DNA of 64,000 nucleotides from positions 3,744,001 to 3,808,000 of the forward strand of contig OZ245046.1 in assembly GCA_965224245.1 (NCBI GenBank), given 5' to 3'. Below, piece by piece: positions 46,851-56,573 of this stretch. The translations under genes were made by a program, and so were the position numbers. A model generated the notes under the pieces. The model worked only from the letters and a program-made list of their open reading frames with translations, was not told where the DNA came from and did not search any database. Every line of letters starts with the position of its first letter. The first letter of the stretch is position 1. Source of the stretch: Candidatus Eiseniibacteriota bacterium (GTDB lineage Bacteria > Eisenbacteria > RBG-16-71-46 > CAZAMP01).

Positions 46851-48901
46851 GTGAGCCGCACGCGGCCGATGACGGTCTCGGCGATCAGCAGGACGAACGC
46901 CGACATCAGGAGCTCCCGCCAGATCTCGCGCCCGTGGCGCGCCTCCAGCACGGCCTCGCGGATCGGCGTGTCGACGCCGAGGATCCGTACCCCATCGCCC
47001 CAGCGATCGGCGATCTCGCTCACGTCCCGATAGCGGAGATGCCCCTCGGCGCCGTCCAGGTGCACGGCCACCGATCGCAGCGGCTCGCCGTTCATCGTGA
47101 AGCGATAGACGCCCGGCACGTCGGTCGGGTCGGTCCGGACCACGACGCGACCCGATGCAACCTCGGTGCCCAGCGGCAGCTCGCGCCCCGACGGCGTCAG
47201 GCACTGGATGTCGCCGTCGAGGACGTCGGGATCGAACTGCAGCTCGATGGGCTCTCCGGCCCTGAACTGACGGGCGTCGACCGATCCCGAGGCCAGGGAC
47301 AGGATGCTCTGGTGGAGGAATGGGAGGAACGAGCCGCCGGTCGGGAAGTTGCCCCAGCGCAGGTCGGCCGACGAGGTGAACAGCAGGAACCGATCGGCCT
47401 CCACGACGGCCGGCAGCTCGCCGAACCGTGCCAGCACCCGATCGCCGTTCGAGACGCGTGTGCGCACGACCTTCGTGAAGCGGGCCCGCGTCAGCGCCTC
47501 GCCGTAGTCCACCGCGAACCCCTCGAAGAGGGGATGCCCCGGGACCTCGGGCTCCAGCGAGAAGAAGCTCCCGGGCACCGACTCGGGGTCCTCGAGCGTC
47601 ACGTGGCAGAAGCCGTCGAGGACGTTGGTGTTGTAGTAGCGAAGGTCGACGCGGTCTCCGAGAATCACGAAGACACCGGCACCGTCTCGGTGTGCGAGGC
47701 GCAGGCGCTCGAGCACGCCTTCGCTCAGGCGCTCGACGTTGTTGAGGACGAACACGTCGTAGTCCAGGTCGGCCTGCACCGAGAAGTCGCGAAGCGGGAT
47801 CTCCTGGACCGTGAACGTGCGCTCGCCGACCTGCCCCGGCGGATCCAGGGCCAGCCGCACGTAGGGCTCGCGCGCCACGTCGTCGGGCGTGCCGCCGTGC
47901 ACGAGGAGGACGCGAATCGTCTGGCGTTCGCTCGGGGTCACCCATGCCGCGTCATCGGCCGAGAGCGCGTCCTCGGAGATTTGAATCTGAAGCGCTTCTC
48001 CCGACGCCACCGATCGGTTGAGTGCGAGATCGGCGGTGGCCAGATCGGCGGCGGGAACGCGCACCGAGCCCTCCCCCACGAGGTCGTCGCCCGCGAACAC
48101 GCGTACCGGATAGTTCGAGAGCTCCCCGTCGGTGAAGTTGGCCAGGCTGACCCGTACCGCTCCCGAGGTCCCGCTCTGCACGCTCGCCTTCAGAAACGAG
48201 GCGCTGGTGACGGCCACGTTGGGCAAAGACGCCTCGTTCGCGACGGGCACGAGGTAGACCCGGACGTTCTCGGGCAGCTCGGGCAACGCATCCGGATCCC
48301 AGTCGTCCACCTGGAAATCGGATATCACGTAGATCTCGCGATTCAACGTGGACGACCCGGCCGCCCGGCGAGCCGCATCCTCGATGAACACGTCGACCGG
48401 GAGCGGGCGGTACGTGATCGGAGCCCGCTCGGCCCGGGCCATGACGCGCCCGAAGTCCTCGACCGGCGCATCGAACGCCGCGCGCGGGGGATCGGTCGGC
48501 CACACGAGCTGCGTCCGATCGCCTCGTCGGTGGAGCTCGCCGATCTCGGCCAGGCGGTGGCGCGCCACCTCCGCGTGCGACGCCGACTCGGTCGCGGCCT
48601 GCATGCTGAAGGACGTGTCCAGCGCGATCACGCCGGTCGTCGTCCCCGCACCGCTTCCGCCCGATCGCAGCGCCGGCCGCATCATCGCCCCCACCACCAG
48701 CGCGATGATCAGACAGCGCAACGCGAGCAGCAGCCACTGCCGGATCTGGATCCGGCGCCGCTGCCGCCGCGTGACCTCCTGCAGAAACTCCAGGCTCGAG
48801 AACGACTCGCGCCCGGAGCGGCGCCGATTCAGGAGGTGAATCAGGATCGGCAGCGAGACGGCTGCCATCGCGAAGCCGAAGATCGCGTTCAGAAACGTCA
48901 T
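46847..48901 (-). CDS. BatA (aerotolerance N-terminal) plus VWA domain membrane protein
   Basis: 'MTFLN...LPILIHLL...FSSL.FL...LLLALR', 'DTSFSM', 'ISDFQ', C-terminal TM. Confidence 0.88.
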   Translation of the reverse strand: MTFLNAIFGFAMAAVSLPILIHLLNRRRSGRESFSSLEFLQEVTRRQRRRIQIRQWLLLALRCLIIALVVGAMMRPALRSGGSGAGTTTGVIALDTSFSMQAATESASHAEVARHRLAEIGELHRRGDRTQLVWPTDPPRAAFDAPVEDFGRVMARAERAPITYRPLPVDVFIEDAARRAAGSSTLNREIYVISDFQVDDWDPDALPELPENVRVYLVPVANEASLPNVAVTSASFLKASVQSGTSGAVRVSLANFTDGELSNYPVRVFAGDDLVGEGSVRVPAADLATADLALNRSVASGEALQIQISEDALSADDAAWVTPSERQTIRVLLVHGGTPDDVAREPYVRLALDPPGQVGERTFTVQEIPLRDFSVQADLDYDVFVLNNVERLSEGVLERLRLAHRDGAGVFVILGDRVDLRYYNTNVLDGFCHVTLEDPESVPGSFFSLEPEVPGHPLFEGFAVDYGEALTRARFTKVVRTRVSNGDRVLARFGELPAVVEADRFLLFTSSADLRWGNFPTGGSFLPFLHQSILSLASGSVDARQFRAGEPIELQFDPDVLDGDIQCLTPSGRELPLGTEVASGRVVVRTDPTDVPGVYRFTMNGEPLRSVAVHLDGAEGHLRYRDVSEIADRWGDGVRILGVDTPIREAVLEARHGREIWRELLMSAFVLLIAETVIGRVRLT

Positions 48902-49797
48902 CAGTTGAGCCGGCTCCGCTTCTCGAGGTATCGAAAGAGCGCCAGATCGAACGGCGTCGACGTGCTGACGGCCACGTACTCGGCGCCCATCTCACCGCAC
49001 GCGCGGCGATAGCGCGTGGTCCAGGCGCGAAACCGCTCGAGGTAGTCGTCGCGGATCTCCCAGGCGTGCGTGGCCAGCCGCTGCCCGGTCTCCAGGTCCT
49101 CGAACTCGGTCTCGCCGCGGAACGGGAACGTCTCCTCGGCCTCGTCGAGCACGTGGAAGACGACCAGCTCGTGCCGCCCGTGGCGAAATCGCTCCAGCGA
49201 CGCGAGCACCTCGTCGGGCGAGTCCATCAGGTCGGAGAAGACCATCACCAGACCACGCCGGTGAATCCGCTCGGCCACCCGGCGCAGCGCCGGCGCGATC
49301 GACGTCCCGCGACCGGCCTCCGCTCGCTCGAGCTCGGCCAGGATCCGCCGCACGTGGACACCGGTCGAGCGCGCGGGCAGGAGTGTCTGGACGGTCTCGT
49401 CGAACATCATCAGTCCGACGGCGTCGTTCTGGGATTGCATCATGAACGCCAGCCCGCCGGCCAGCAGCGTCGCGTAGCGGAGCTTCGTGACCGCGCCCGC
49501 CGAGCGGTATCCCATGGAGGCGCTCGTGTCCACGATGAGCTGCGCGCGGAGGTTCGTCTCCTCCTCGAACTGCTTGATGTAGTAGCGATCGGTCTTCGCG
49601 TACAGCTTCCAGTCGACGAAGCGCGACGGCTCGCCGGTGTTGTAAGGGCGATGCTGGGCGAACTCCACGCTGAAGCCGTGATAGGGGCTCTTGTGGAGAC
49701 CGGTCAGGAACCCCTCGACCATGAGACGGGCGATCAGGTCCATTCCCGACAGCCGCGAGAGGAACGCCGGGTCGAGATAACTCGACGCCTCGGCCAC
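48901..49797 (-). CDS. DUF58 (VWA-like) protein
   Basis: 'GLHKSPYHGFSVEFAQHRPY', 'DWKLYAKTDRYYIKQFEEETN', 'DTSASM', 'FSDL'. Confidence 0.93.
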   Translation of the reverse strand: MAEASSYLDPAFLSRLSGMDLIARLMVEGFLTGLHKSPYHGFSVEFAQHRPYNTGEPSRFVDWKLYAKTDRYYIKQFEEETNLRAQLIVDTSASMGYRSAGAVTKLRYATLLAGGLAFMMQSQNDAVGLMMFDETVQTLLPARSTGVHVRRILAELERAEAGRGTSIAPALRRVAERIHRRGLVMVFSDLMDSPDEVLASLERFRHGRHELVVFHVLDEAEETFPFRGETEFEDLETGQRLATHAWEIRDDYLERFRAWTTRYRRACGEMGAEYVAVSTSTPFDLALFRYLEKRSRLN

Positions 49798-49798
49798 G

Positions 49799-50812
49799 TC
49801 AGCGCCCCCTGGCCGGCTCGGGCGCCACCTGCTCGACGAGCTGCGAGATCAGATCGTCGGGCGTGACCCGCTCCGCGTCCGCGTTGAAGTTCAGCACCAT
49901 CCGATGGCGCAGGACCGCCGGCGCGACCGCCTGGACATCCTCGTGATTGGGCTGGACGCTGCCCCGGAGCGCCGCGCGCGTCTTCGCGGCGAGCACGAGG
50001 TTCTGGCTGGCCCGCGGTCCGGCTCCCCACGACAGGTAGTTCCGGACCAGCTCGGGCGCGTCCGGTCCCGGACGCGTCGCTCCCACGAGCCGCACCGCGT
50101 ACTCGATCACGTAGTCCGACGCGGGCACCTTGCGCACGAGCGCCTGAAACTCCCGGATGTCCTGGGCGGCCAAGACCTTCTCGAGGGGCTCGGACGCCGG
50201 CCCGGTGGTGCGCCGGACGATCTCGACCTCGTCCCCGGGGCCGGGATAGTCGATCCGGATGTTCAGCATGAAGCGGTCGAGCTGAGCCTCGGGGAGGGGA
50301 TACGTTCCCTCCATCTCGATGGGGTTCTGCGTGGCCAGCACGAAGAACGGCAGGTCCAGATCGAACGTCTGGTTGCCGGCGGTGACCTGACGCTCCTGCA
50401 TCGCCTGCAATAGCGCGGCCTGCGTCTTCGGCGGCGTCCGGTTGATCTCGTCGGCGAGGATCACGTTCGCGAACACGGGCCCCTTGATGAACTTGAAGAC
50501 CCGGTGGCCCGTGCCGACCTCGTCCTCGAGAATCTCGGTGCCCGTGATGTCGGTCGGCATCAGATCCGGGGTGAACTGGATGCGGGAGAACTCGAGGTCC
50601 AGGACCTCGGCGACGCTGGAGATGAGCAGCGTCTTGGCCAGGCCGGGCACCCCCACCAGCAGGCAGTGTCCCCCGGCGAACAGGGCGACGAGCAGCTCGT
50701 CGACCACGGCTTCCTGACCGACGATCACCTTGCGGATCTCGGCTGAGATCCGCGCCCGGCCCTCGGCGAGGCGCGCGATGGCGCCGGCCGCTTCCTCGTT
50801 CGTGTAGCTCAT
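49799..50812 (-). CDS. moxR: MoxR-family AAA+ ATPase
   Basis: 'GVPGLAKT', 'RIQFTPDLMPTD', 'ADEINRTPPKTQAALL', 'ATQNPIE.EGTYPLPEAQLDRF'. Confidence 0.96.
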   Translation of the reverse strand: MSYTNEEAAGAIARLAEGRARISAEIRKVIVGQEAVVDELLVALFAGGHCLLVGVPGLAKTLLISSVAEVLDLEFSRIQFTPDLMPTDITGTEILEDEVGTGHRVFKFIKGPVFANVILADEINRTPPKTQAALLQAMQERQVTAGNQTFDLDLPFFVLATQNPIEMEGTYPLPEAQLDRFMLNIRIDYPGPGDEVEIVRRTTGPASEPLEKVLAAQDIREFQALVRKVPASDYVIEYAVRLVGATRPGPDAPELVRNYLSWGAGPRASQNLVLAAKTRAALRGSVQPNHEDVQAVAPAVLRHRMVLNFNADAERVTPDDLISQLVEQVAPEPARGR

Positions 50813-51047
50813 GTAACCTCCTGCCTCCCGTACCCGCAGCCGTCGCCGGGGTTCCCCGCGAAAACGCCAAACCCTAGCAGCTCTATTCGGTTACGGAAAG
50901 GCGCCGCTCGAGGGAGCCCGGATCGCCCGGTTGTCGACTTTTCGGAACTCCGGTATCCTCTTCCGCATTCCAAACGTGCCGGGTTGCGCGACTTTCGGCC
51001 GGCCTGCCTCCACGAGACGCTGCGCGCACAGAATTCAGGAGTTGCTC

Positions 51048-52148
51048 GTGACCGGATTCAGACTCCGGGTCGCCCTGGTGGGACTTCTCGTCCTCGGCTG
51101 GCCCACCCTCGACGCGGTATCGCAGGTCATTCCGACCCCGTCGCTGGATCAGATCCGTCGGGGAAAGATCCGCAACTATCCGCCTCCAACCGACGACGAC
51201 CTGTCGCTGATCCGGGAAGGACACCGGGTCTTTGCGATGGCCCACCGGTTTCGTTGGCCGCGCATCGAGGAGAAGAACTTCATCCCCACGCTTCTCGTGA
51301 AGGAGGACAGCGAGTATCTGATCGCGCATCTGGCGCCCCCCGACAGCTACTTCCTGACCCAGATCGACGACTTCCACATCGACGTCTTCGGCCAGGACAC
51401 CCGGCACGACTGCACGATCGCGACGGCACGGCCCCTCTACGGGGCGGTGACCGTGATCAAGGGCGAGCCGGCGTGCAACGACGAGACGACGACCGACTGG
51501 CTCTTCGAATACGTGCGCGGCGCGTTCCGGTGGTACCTGATCGAGCACAACGAACTCCTGAAGGTCTCGCGCCTGAACCTGCCGTTCCCCGATCCCAACG
51601 AGGCGTGGAAGGCCGCGTTTCCGTTTCCCTACGACGATCCCGAGGTCATCGCGGCATTTCGCGAGCTGGCCAAGACGGTCAGCGACGTCTTCTGGACCCG
51701 CATCGACGAGCCGCGTGCCGAGCTGCTTGCGGCGTACGCGGGCCAGCGCGCGAACCTGGCTCGCCTCCTCGACGAGCGCACCACGAACCACGGGCTCGAC
51801 GACTTCCTCCGCTACGTCGAGTGGTCCGACGGCCTGGCCCACTTCGCGGCGTACGAGATCATGCACTCGATCGGCCGGCAGCAGGTGCACCAACCGGCCG
51901 ACATCCGGCGCTTCGAGGACTTCAGCACGTACGCGCAATACACGGGCCGGACGATGCGCGTGCGCTACCAGCGGTTCCGCACGCCGACGTCCGATCCGCT
52001 CAGCTACGAGGACCTGGTGATCCTGGGCGCGCTCACCGCCGGCGTCGTGTCGGACCTGTGGCCGGATCAGTCGTGGCGGGCCGAGGTGCTCGAGCGCGAC
52101 ACGTGGCTCGAGGATCTGATGGCCCGCGTCCAGGTTCCCGCGCCGTAG
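51048..52148 (+). CDS. Hypothetical secreted protein
   Basis: AGGAG RBS before GTG, signal peptide, coding-like codon usage; no recognised family. Confidence 0.65.
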   Translation: MTGFRLRVALVGLLVLGWPTLDAVSQVIPTPSLDQIRRGKIRNYPPPTDDDLSLIREGHRVFAMAHRFRWPRIEEKNFIPTLLVKEDSEYLIAHLAPPDSYFLTQIDDFHIDVFGQDTRHDCTIATARPLYGAVTVIKGEPACNDETTTDWLFEYVRGAFRWYLIEHNELLKVSRLNLPFPDPNEAWKAAFPFPYDDPEVIAAFRELAKTVSDVFWTRIDEPRAELLAAYAGQRANLARLLDERTTNHGLDDFLRYVEWSDGLAHFAAYEIMHSIGRQQVHQPADIRRFEDFSTYAQYTGRTMRVRYQRFRTPTSDPLSYEDLVILGALTAGVVSDLWPDQSWRAEVLERDTWLEDLMARVQVPAP

Positions 52149-52172
52149 GGCGGTCGCGGTCCGGAACCGGCT

Positions 52173-53069
52173 TCAGCTCGGCGCCTGCCCCCCGTTCGCG
52201 GGGGTGACGTCGTCGGGAGCGTCCTCCTCGCGTGACGAGAGCCTCAGCAGGTCGATCGCCGCCTCGCGGGGTAGATCGAGCACGCCGGCGAACTCGTCCA
52301 CGCTGAGCCGTCCCTCGTGGATCCCCTCCAGCGCCAGCCCGACCAGCCGCTCGGGGACGAGCGTCTCGCCGCTTCCACCCCAGATGTCGCGCGCGTCGCG
52401 GACGCCCGCATCCACGCCGAGCCACGTGAGGCGGCGCGCGACGAACGACGGGGGCAGATCGGCGTAGTCGGCGATGACGTCCGCGCCGGCGCCCTCGTCC
52501 AGGAGCGGATCGAGCATCGCGGACGGCAACAGGAGATCCTCGGCGAAGAACCCGGCCCGGACCGCCGCCTCGTCCACCAGCGCGTCGTCGGACGACATGA
52601 CCCTCGGCAGGTACGGATCGTTGTCCACGAGGTAGTGTCCGTACAGCTCGGCCAGGACGACCGACCGGCCTCGCGGGTTCAGGTGACTGTTCACCAGGAA
52701 CGCGGGGGCGGTCTCCCCGGCGAACACGAACACACCGCGAGTGTGGCGGCTGAGCGGCATCGCGTAGACGCGCGCGCCGTGCTCCTCGAGTGCGTGGGCG
52801 ATGTCCCGCACCGGCGATTCACGGTGGAGCAGCGCTCGTGCCGCGTCGGCCAGGGCCTCCGCCTCCTCGCGGAGCTGCCGCTCGTCGCCACCGATGGTCG
52901 GAACCTGATGCACGGGCAGGTCGTACGAGAGATCCCCCAGGACGTGCTCCTCGAGATCGGCGTACACCTCGCACGCGTCGAGGAAGCGCGAGACGACGGC
53001 CCGGTCCTCCTCGGCGAGCCACGCGTGCTCGAGCACGTCGCGGCGGATGGGATCGGGGATCTTCGGCAC
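52173..53069 (-). CDS. ImmA/IrrE (M78)-like protein with degenerate catalytic motif
   Basis: 'EAEALADAARALL...PVRDI..ALEEHG...AFLVN', 'LAELYGHYLVD', 'RAGFFAEDLLLP'. Confidence 0.7.
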   Translation of the reverse strand: MPKIPDPIRRDVLEHAWLAEEDRAVVSRFLDACEVYADLEEHVLGDLSYDLPVHQVPTIGGDERQLREEAEALADAARALLHRESPVRDIAHALEEHGARVYAMPLSRHTRGVFVFAGETAPAFLVNSHLNPRGRSVVLAELYGHYLVDNDPYLPRVMSSDDALVDEAAVRAGFFAEDLLLPSAMLDPLLDEGAGADVIADYADLPPSFVARRLTWLGVDAGVRDARDIWGGSGETLVPERLVGLALEGIHEGRLSVDEFAGVLDLPREAAIDLLRLSSREEDAPDDVTPANGGQAPS

Positions 53070-53072
53070 CGC

Positions 53073-53882
53073 TCAGGAACTCCCTCTCGCGCCGGCGGCG
53101 GCGACCAGCGCGCGGACACGGTCCGGATCGACGGGCTGGGTCACGACACCGTTCCGCTTGAGGCTCGTCCCCACGATCACGCCGTCGGCCAGTGCGAGAA
53201 CCTCGCCGACCGACTCCGCGGTCACGCCGCTGCCTACCAGCACGCGGGTACCCGGGCAGGCCGAGCAGACGCGCGAGAGCTCGTCGAGGTCGGCCGCGCA
53301 ACCGGTGCCCGGACCGGTCAGGATGACCGCGTCGGCGCCGCCGCGCTCGACACACTCGGCGACCTCCTCGACCAGCGGACGCACGGCCACGGGGGCCGCA
53401 TGCTTGACCGCGACGTCGGCGAGCACGGCCACTCCGGGGGCCCAACGCGCGCGCTCGCGCACCGTGGCCGCGGCGCGCCCCTGGATGAGCCCCTGGTCGG
53501 TCCAGGCGGCGCCCACGTGGACGTTCACGCGGACGAACCGTCCCCCCGCGGCCACGGCCACCGCGAGCGCCGCGTGTGCGTCGTTCCGGAGGACGTTCAC
53601 GCCCACGGGCAAGTCGGTCTCGCCGGCGACGGTGGTCACGGCTCGCGTCATGGCCGCAATCGTCTCGGGCGGCACGCGGTCCGCGTGGAAGGGCGCGTCG
53701 CCGAAGTTCTCCACGACCAGACCATCGACGCCGGCGCCGGCCAGCGCGGCCGCGTCCGCCCGTGCGGCATCCAGCAGTGGCCCGAGACTCCCCGCGTAGC
53801 GCGGAGAGCCCGGCAGGGACCACAGGTGCACGACGCCGATCACGATCGGGCGGCGCGGGAAGATGTCGTCGAACCTGCTCAT
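53073..53882 (-). CDS. btpA: BtpA/SgcQ-family TIM-barrel protein
   Basis: 'IGVVHL..LPGSP', 'ENFGDAPF', 'GVNVLRND', 'DVAVKHA', 'GSGVT', 'IVGTSLK'. Confidence 0.92.
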   Translation of the reverse strand: MSRFDDIFPRRPIVIGVVHLWSLPGSPRYAGSLGPLLDAARADAAALAGAGVDGLVVENFGDAPFHADRVPPETIAAMTRAVTTVAGETDLPVGVNVLRNDAHAALAVAVAAGGRFVRVNVHVGAAWTDQGLIQGRAAATVRERARWAPGVAVLADVAVKHAAPVAVRPLVEEVAECVERGGADAVILTGPGTGCAADLDELSRVCSACPGTRVLVGSGVTAESVGEVLALADGVIVGTSLKRNGVVTQPVDPDRVRALVAAAGARGSS

Positions 53883-53932
53883 GGGTGCGAGCCTACCCCC
53901 GACGTCCGGGCAAGTCCAAACTCCACTCGTGG

Positions 53933-53961
53933 TTGACCCCGCCCAACGCCCCGCCTAAGGT
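53933..53961 (+). promoter_or_regulatory. sigma70-like promoter for the BMC-T/MBL operon
   Basis: TTGACC-N17-TAAGGT. Confidence 0.5.
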
Positions 53962-54044
53962 GCCCGTCGTCTCGGTTCCGGCCTCCCGGTCACGAACCAC
54001 AACCGCGCCGGGCCAGCGGTCGGCGCGATCAATCGGGGGACGTC

Positions 54045-54662
54045 GTGGTCACGCTCCGGACGTACATCTTTCTCGACGCGCTGCAGCCCCAGCTCGCGTC
54101 GCACATCGGCACCACCTCACGCGGCTTCCTGCCGGTCGCCGGCATGGCGTCGCTGTTCATCGAGATCGCACCGGCCCTGAACGTGGTGCGCCTGATGGAC
54201 GTGGCGCTGAAGGCCACCCGGGTGCAGCCGGCGGTGCAGTTCGTGGAGCGCGCGTACGGCGTCATGGAGGTGCATCACCAGGACCAGGGCGAGGTGCGCT
54301 CGGCCGGCGCGGCCGTGCTCGACCGGATCGGCGCCGCCGAGACCGATCGGATGAAGCCCCGCGTGGTCGCCCGGGAGATCATCCGGAACGTCGAGCCCTA
54401 CCAGGCCCAGCTGATCAACCGCGTACGCTACGGCTCGATGCTGGTGCCGGGCGAGTCGCTCTTCATCTTCGAGACCGAGCCGGCCGCCTACGTCGTGTTC
54501 GCCGCGAACGAGGCCGAGAAGGCCGCCCGGGTGTCGCTGATCGACGTGAACCCGGTGGGGGCGTTCGGGCGGCTGTACATGAGCGGAACCGAGGCCGACA
54601 TCGACGCCGCCGCCGATGCGGCCTCGCGCGCGGTCGAGCGGCTCGAAGGGCGCGAGCGATGA
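54045..54662 (+). CDS. Bacterial microcompartment shell protein, double-stacking trimer BMC-T (CcmP/CsoS1D-like)
   Basis: '[16 protein letters not shown]', 'VERAYG', '[24 protein letters not shown]', 'GAFGRL'. Confidence 0.93.
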   Translation: MVTLRTYIFLDALQPQLASHIGTTSRGFLPVAGMASLFIEIAPALNVVRLMDVALKATRVQPAVQFVERAYGVMEVHHQDQGEVRSAGAAVLDRIGAAETDRMKPRVVAREIIRNVEPYQAQLINRVRYGSMLVPGESLFIFETEPAAYVVFAANEAEKAARVSLIDVNPVGAFGRLYMSGTEADIDAAADAASRAVERLEGRER

Positions 54663-55309
54663 CGCGGACCGGCGACAGGTCCTCGCTCTTCCTCGAGCGC
54701 ATCGAGAACGGTCCGTTCTTCGTGAACACGTACCTCCTCGGCTGTCGCCGGAGCGGCGAGGCCGTCCTGATCGATCCCGGGCACGAGCAGGACCGCATCT
54801 CCCGGCGCATGACCGAGAGCAGGCTGCGCTACACCGCGATCGTGAACACGCACGGACACATCGACCACGTGGCCTCGGCCAGGCACTTCCAGGATGCGAT
54901 GGAGCTCCCCTTCTGCATGCACGCCGACGACCGGGTGTTCCTGGACGCCCTGGCCGACACGTGTGCGATGTATGGGCTGCCGCCGCTCGAGCCGCCGCGG
55001 CTGGATACCGAGCTGCGGGCCGGCGACACGTACACCGTGGGCGAGGTCTCGTTCACGCTCCGGCACGCGCCCGGGCACTCACCGGGCAGCCTGATCTTCG
55101 ATCTCGGCGAGACGATGATCGTGGGAGACGTGGTGTTTCAGGGATCGATCGGCCGGACGGATCTGCCGATGGGCGACACCGACACGCTTCTCGAGAGCAT
55201 CCGGCGCGAGGTGCTCACGAAGCCGGACGCCGTCACGCTGTGGCCCGGGCACGGTCCCGAGACGACCGTCGGGACCGAGCGCGCCCACAATCCCTTCCTC
55301 CTCGACTGA
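54659..55309 (+). CDS. Metallo-beta-lactamase-fold hydrolase, glyoxalase II/YcbL-like
   Basis: 'NTYL', 'LIDPG', 'THGHIDH', 'PGHSPGS', '[14 protein letters not shown]', 'PGHGP.TT'; ATGA overlap with BMC-T. Confidence 0.92.
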   Translation: MTRTGDRSSLFLERIENGPFFVNTYLLGCRRSGEAVLIDPGHEQDRISRRMTESRLRYTAIVNTHGHIDHVASARHFQDAMELPFCMHADDRVFLDALADTCAMYGLPPLEPPRLDTELRAGDTYTVGEVSFTLRHAPGHSPGSLIFDLGETMIVGDVVFQGSIGRTDLPMGDTDTLLESIRREVLTKPDAVTLWPGHGPETTVGTERAHNPFLLD

Positions 55310-56573
55310 TCGCCCCCGGTCCGTCGATCACCTCGGTCCAGAGACGTTCGAGGGCCTCGAGGTGCGCGTCCGGGGTGTGCCGCGTCAGGACGCGATCGCG
55401 CGCGCGATGGCCGAGCCGCCGGGCCAGGAGCTCGTCGTCCGCCAGGCGCGCCAGCGCCTCGGCCAGGTCCGCGGGGACTCTCGCCCGACACAGGAGCCCC
55501 GTCTCCTCGTGCTCGACCAGCTCCGGCAGGCTGCCGAGGTCGTGTGCGACGACGGGCCGGCCGACCAGCATCGCCTCCAGCGCGACCAGCGGCAAGTTCT
55601 CGTAGCAGATCGACGGGACCACCACCGCCCGCGCGCGGCGCATGCGCGCGAGGATCTCGGGCCGATCGCGCCGCCCCAGGAAGCGGACGCGGTCCAGGTC
55701 CCGCGCGCGGTCGACGAGGGCACGTGCCTCGGGCGCGTCGGTCTGGCCGACGATCTCCAGCACGCCCGGTGAGCCGGCCCGCACGAACGCGTCGATCAGC
55801 CGATCCACCCCCTTCTCCGGCGACAGACGACCGGCGTACACGAACGTCGGCTCCCGTCCGGTGTCGGCGATCGAGGGAGCGGCGTCGATCGCGCGGGGAT
55901 CGATGAAGCTCGGGACGTGCACGATCCGCGACGGATCGAGCCCGCCCTCGATCATCTTGTAGCGGAGAAACGCCGACGGCGCGACGAACCGCGCGATCGA
56001 GTCGTGTAGCCGCAGCCGATCGTGCACGGCCATGCCGGCCACCCGCGCCAGCGACACCGCGGCGGACGCGTGCAGGCAACGCTTGCGAACCGCGTGCAGG
56101 CGACTCCCCCCGAGACAGCGCTCGCATGCGCGCTCGCCGTCGAAGAAGAGATAGCACGGCGCGATCAGATGGAAGTCCGAGAGACGCATGACCACCGGCA
56201 CCCCCGCGTCTCGACACGCGTGGAAGATGCTCGGCGAGAGGACGTTCGCGGCGACGATCACGTACACGACGTCCGGCCGGACGTCACGCAGCAGCGCGGT
56301 CAGGCGGCGCCGGGCCTCCATCGAGTACACCGACCGGGCGAGCAGACGCGCCCTGGCCACCGGTCCCCGCACGTCGCGGAGGTACACCGCGTCCGCGTCG
56401 CCCGGTGGCGGAACGAAGTAGGGCTCGTACTCCGACGGCTCGTTCTGGGCGTAGCGAACCGCGAACGGGATCACGTCGTGCCCGTGCTCCTCCAGGAGCG
56501 CCTTCACGTCGAACAGATAGCGCTCGGGGCCGCCGGTCACGTGGTAGCGGTTGTTGACGAGGACTACCCGCAT
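55233..56573 (-). CDS. Glycosyltransferase family 4
   Basis: 'GGPERY', 'GRLSPEKG', 'PSICYENLPLVALEAM', 'GSLPELV'. Confidence 0.92.
   Translation of the reverse strand: MRVVLVNNRYHVTGGPERYLFDVKALLEEHGHDVIPFAVRYAQNEPSEYEPYFVPPPGDADAVYLRDVRGPVARARLLARSVYSMEARRRLTALLRDVRPDVVYVIVAANVLSPSIFHACRDAGVPVVMRLSDFHLIAPCYLFFDGERACERCLGGSRLHAVRKRCLHASAAVSLARVAGMAVHDRLRLHDSIARFVAPSAFLRYKMIEGGLDPSRIVHVPSFIDPRAIDAAPSIADTGREPTFVYAGRLSPEKGVDRLIDAFVRAGSPGVLEIVGQTDAPEARALVDRARDLDRVRFLGRRDRPEILARMRRARAVVVPSICYENLPLVALEAMLVGRPVVAHDLGSLPELVEHEETGLLCRARVPADLAEALARLADDELLARRLGHRARDRVLTRHTPDAHLEALERLWTEVIDGPGAISRGGRDCGRARSRRSSRDRARATA

Noticed and set aside
54659-55309. MBL-fold gene as an antibiotic-resistance beta-lactamase
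   Set aside because: No signal peptide, and the motifs ([16 protein letters not shown]...E...NPFL) are those of the glyoxalase II/YcbL group.
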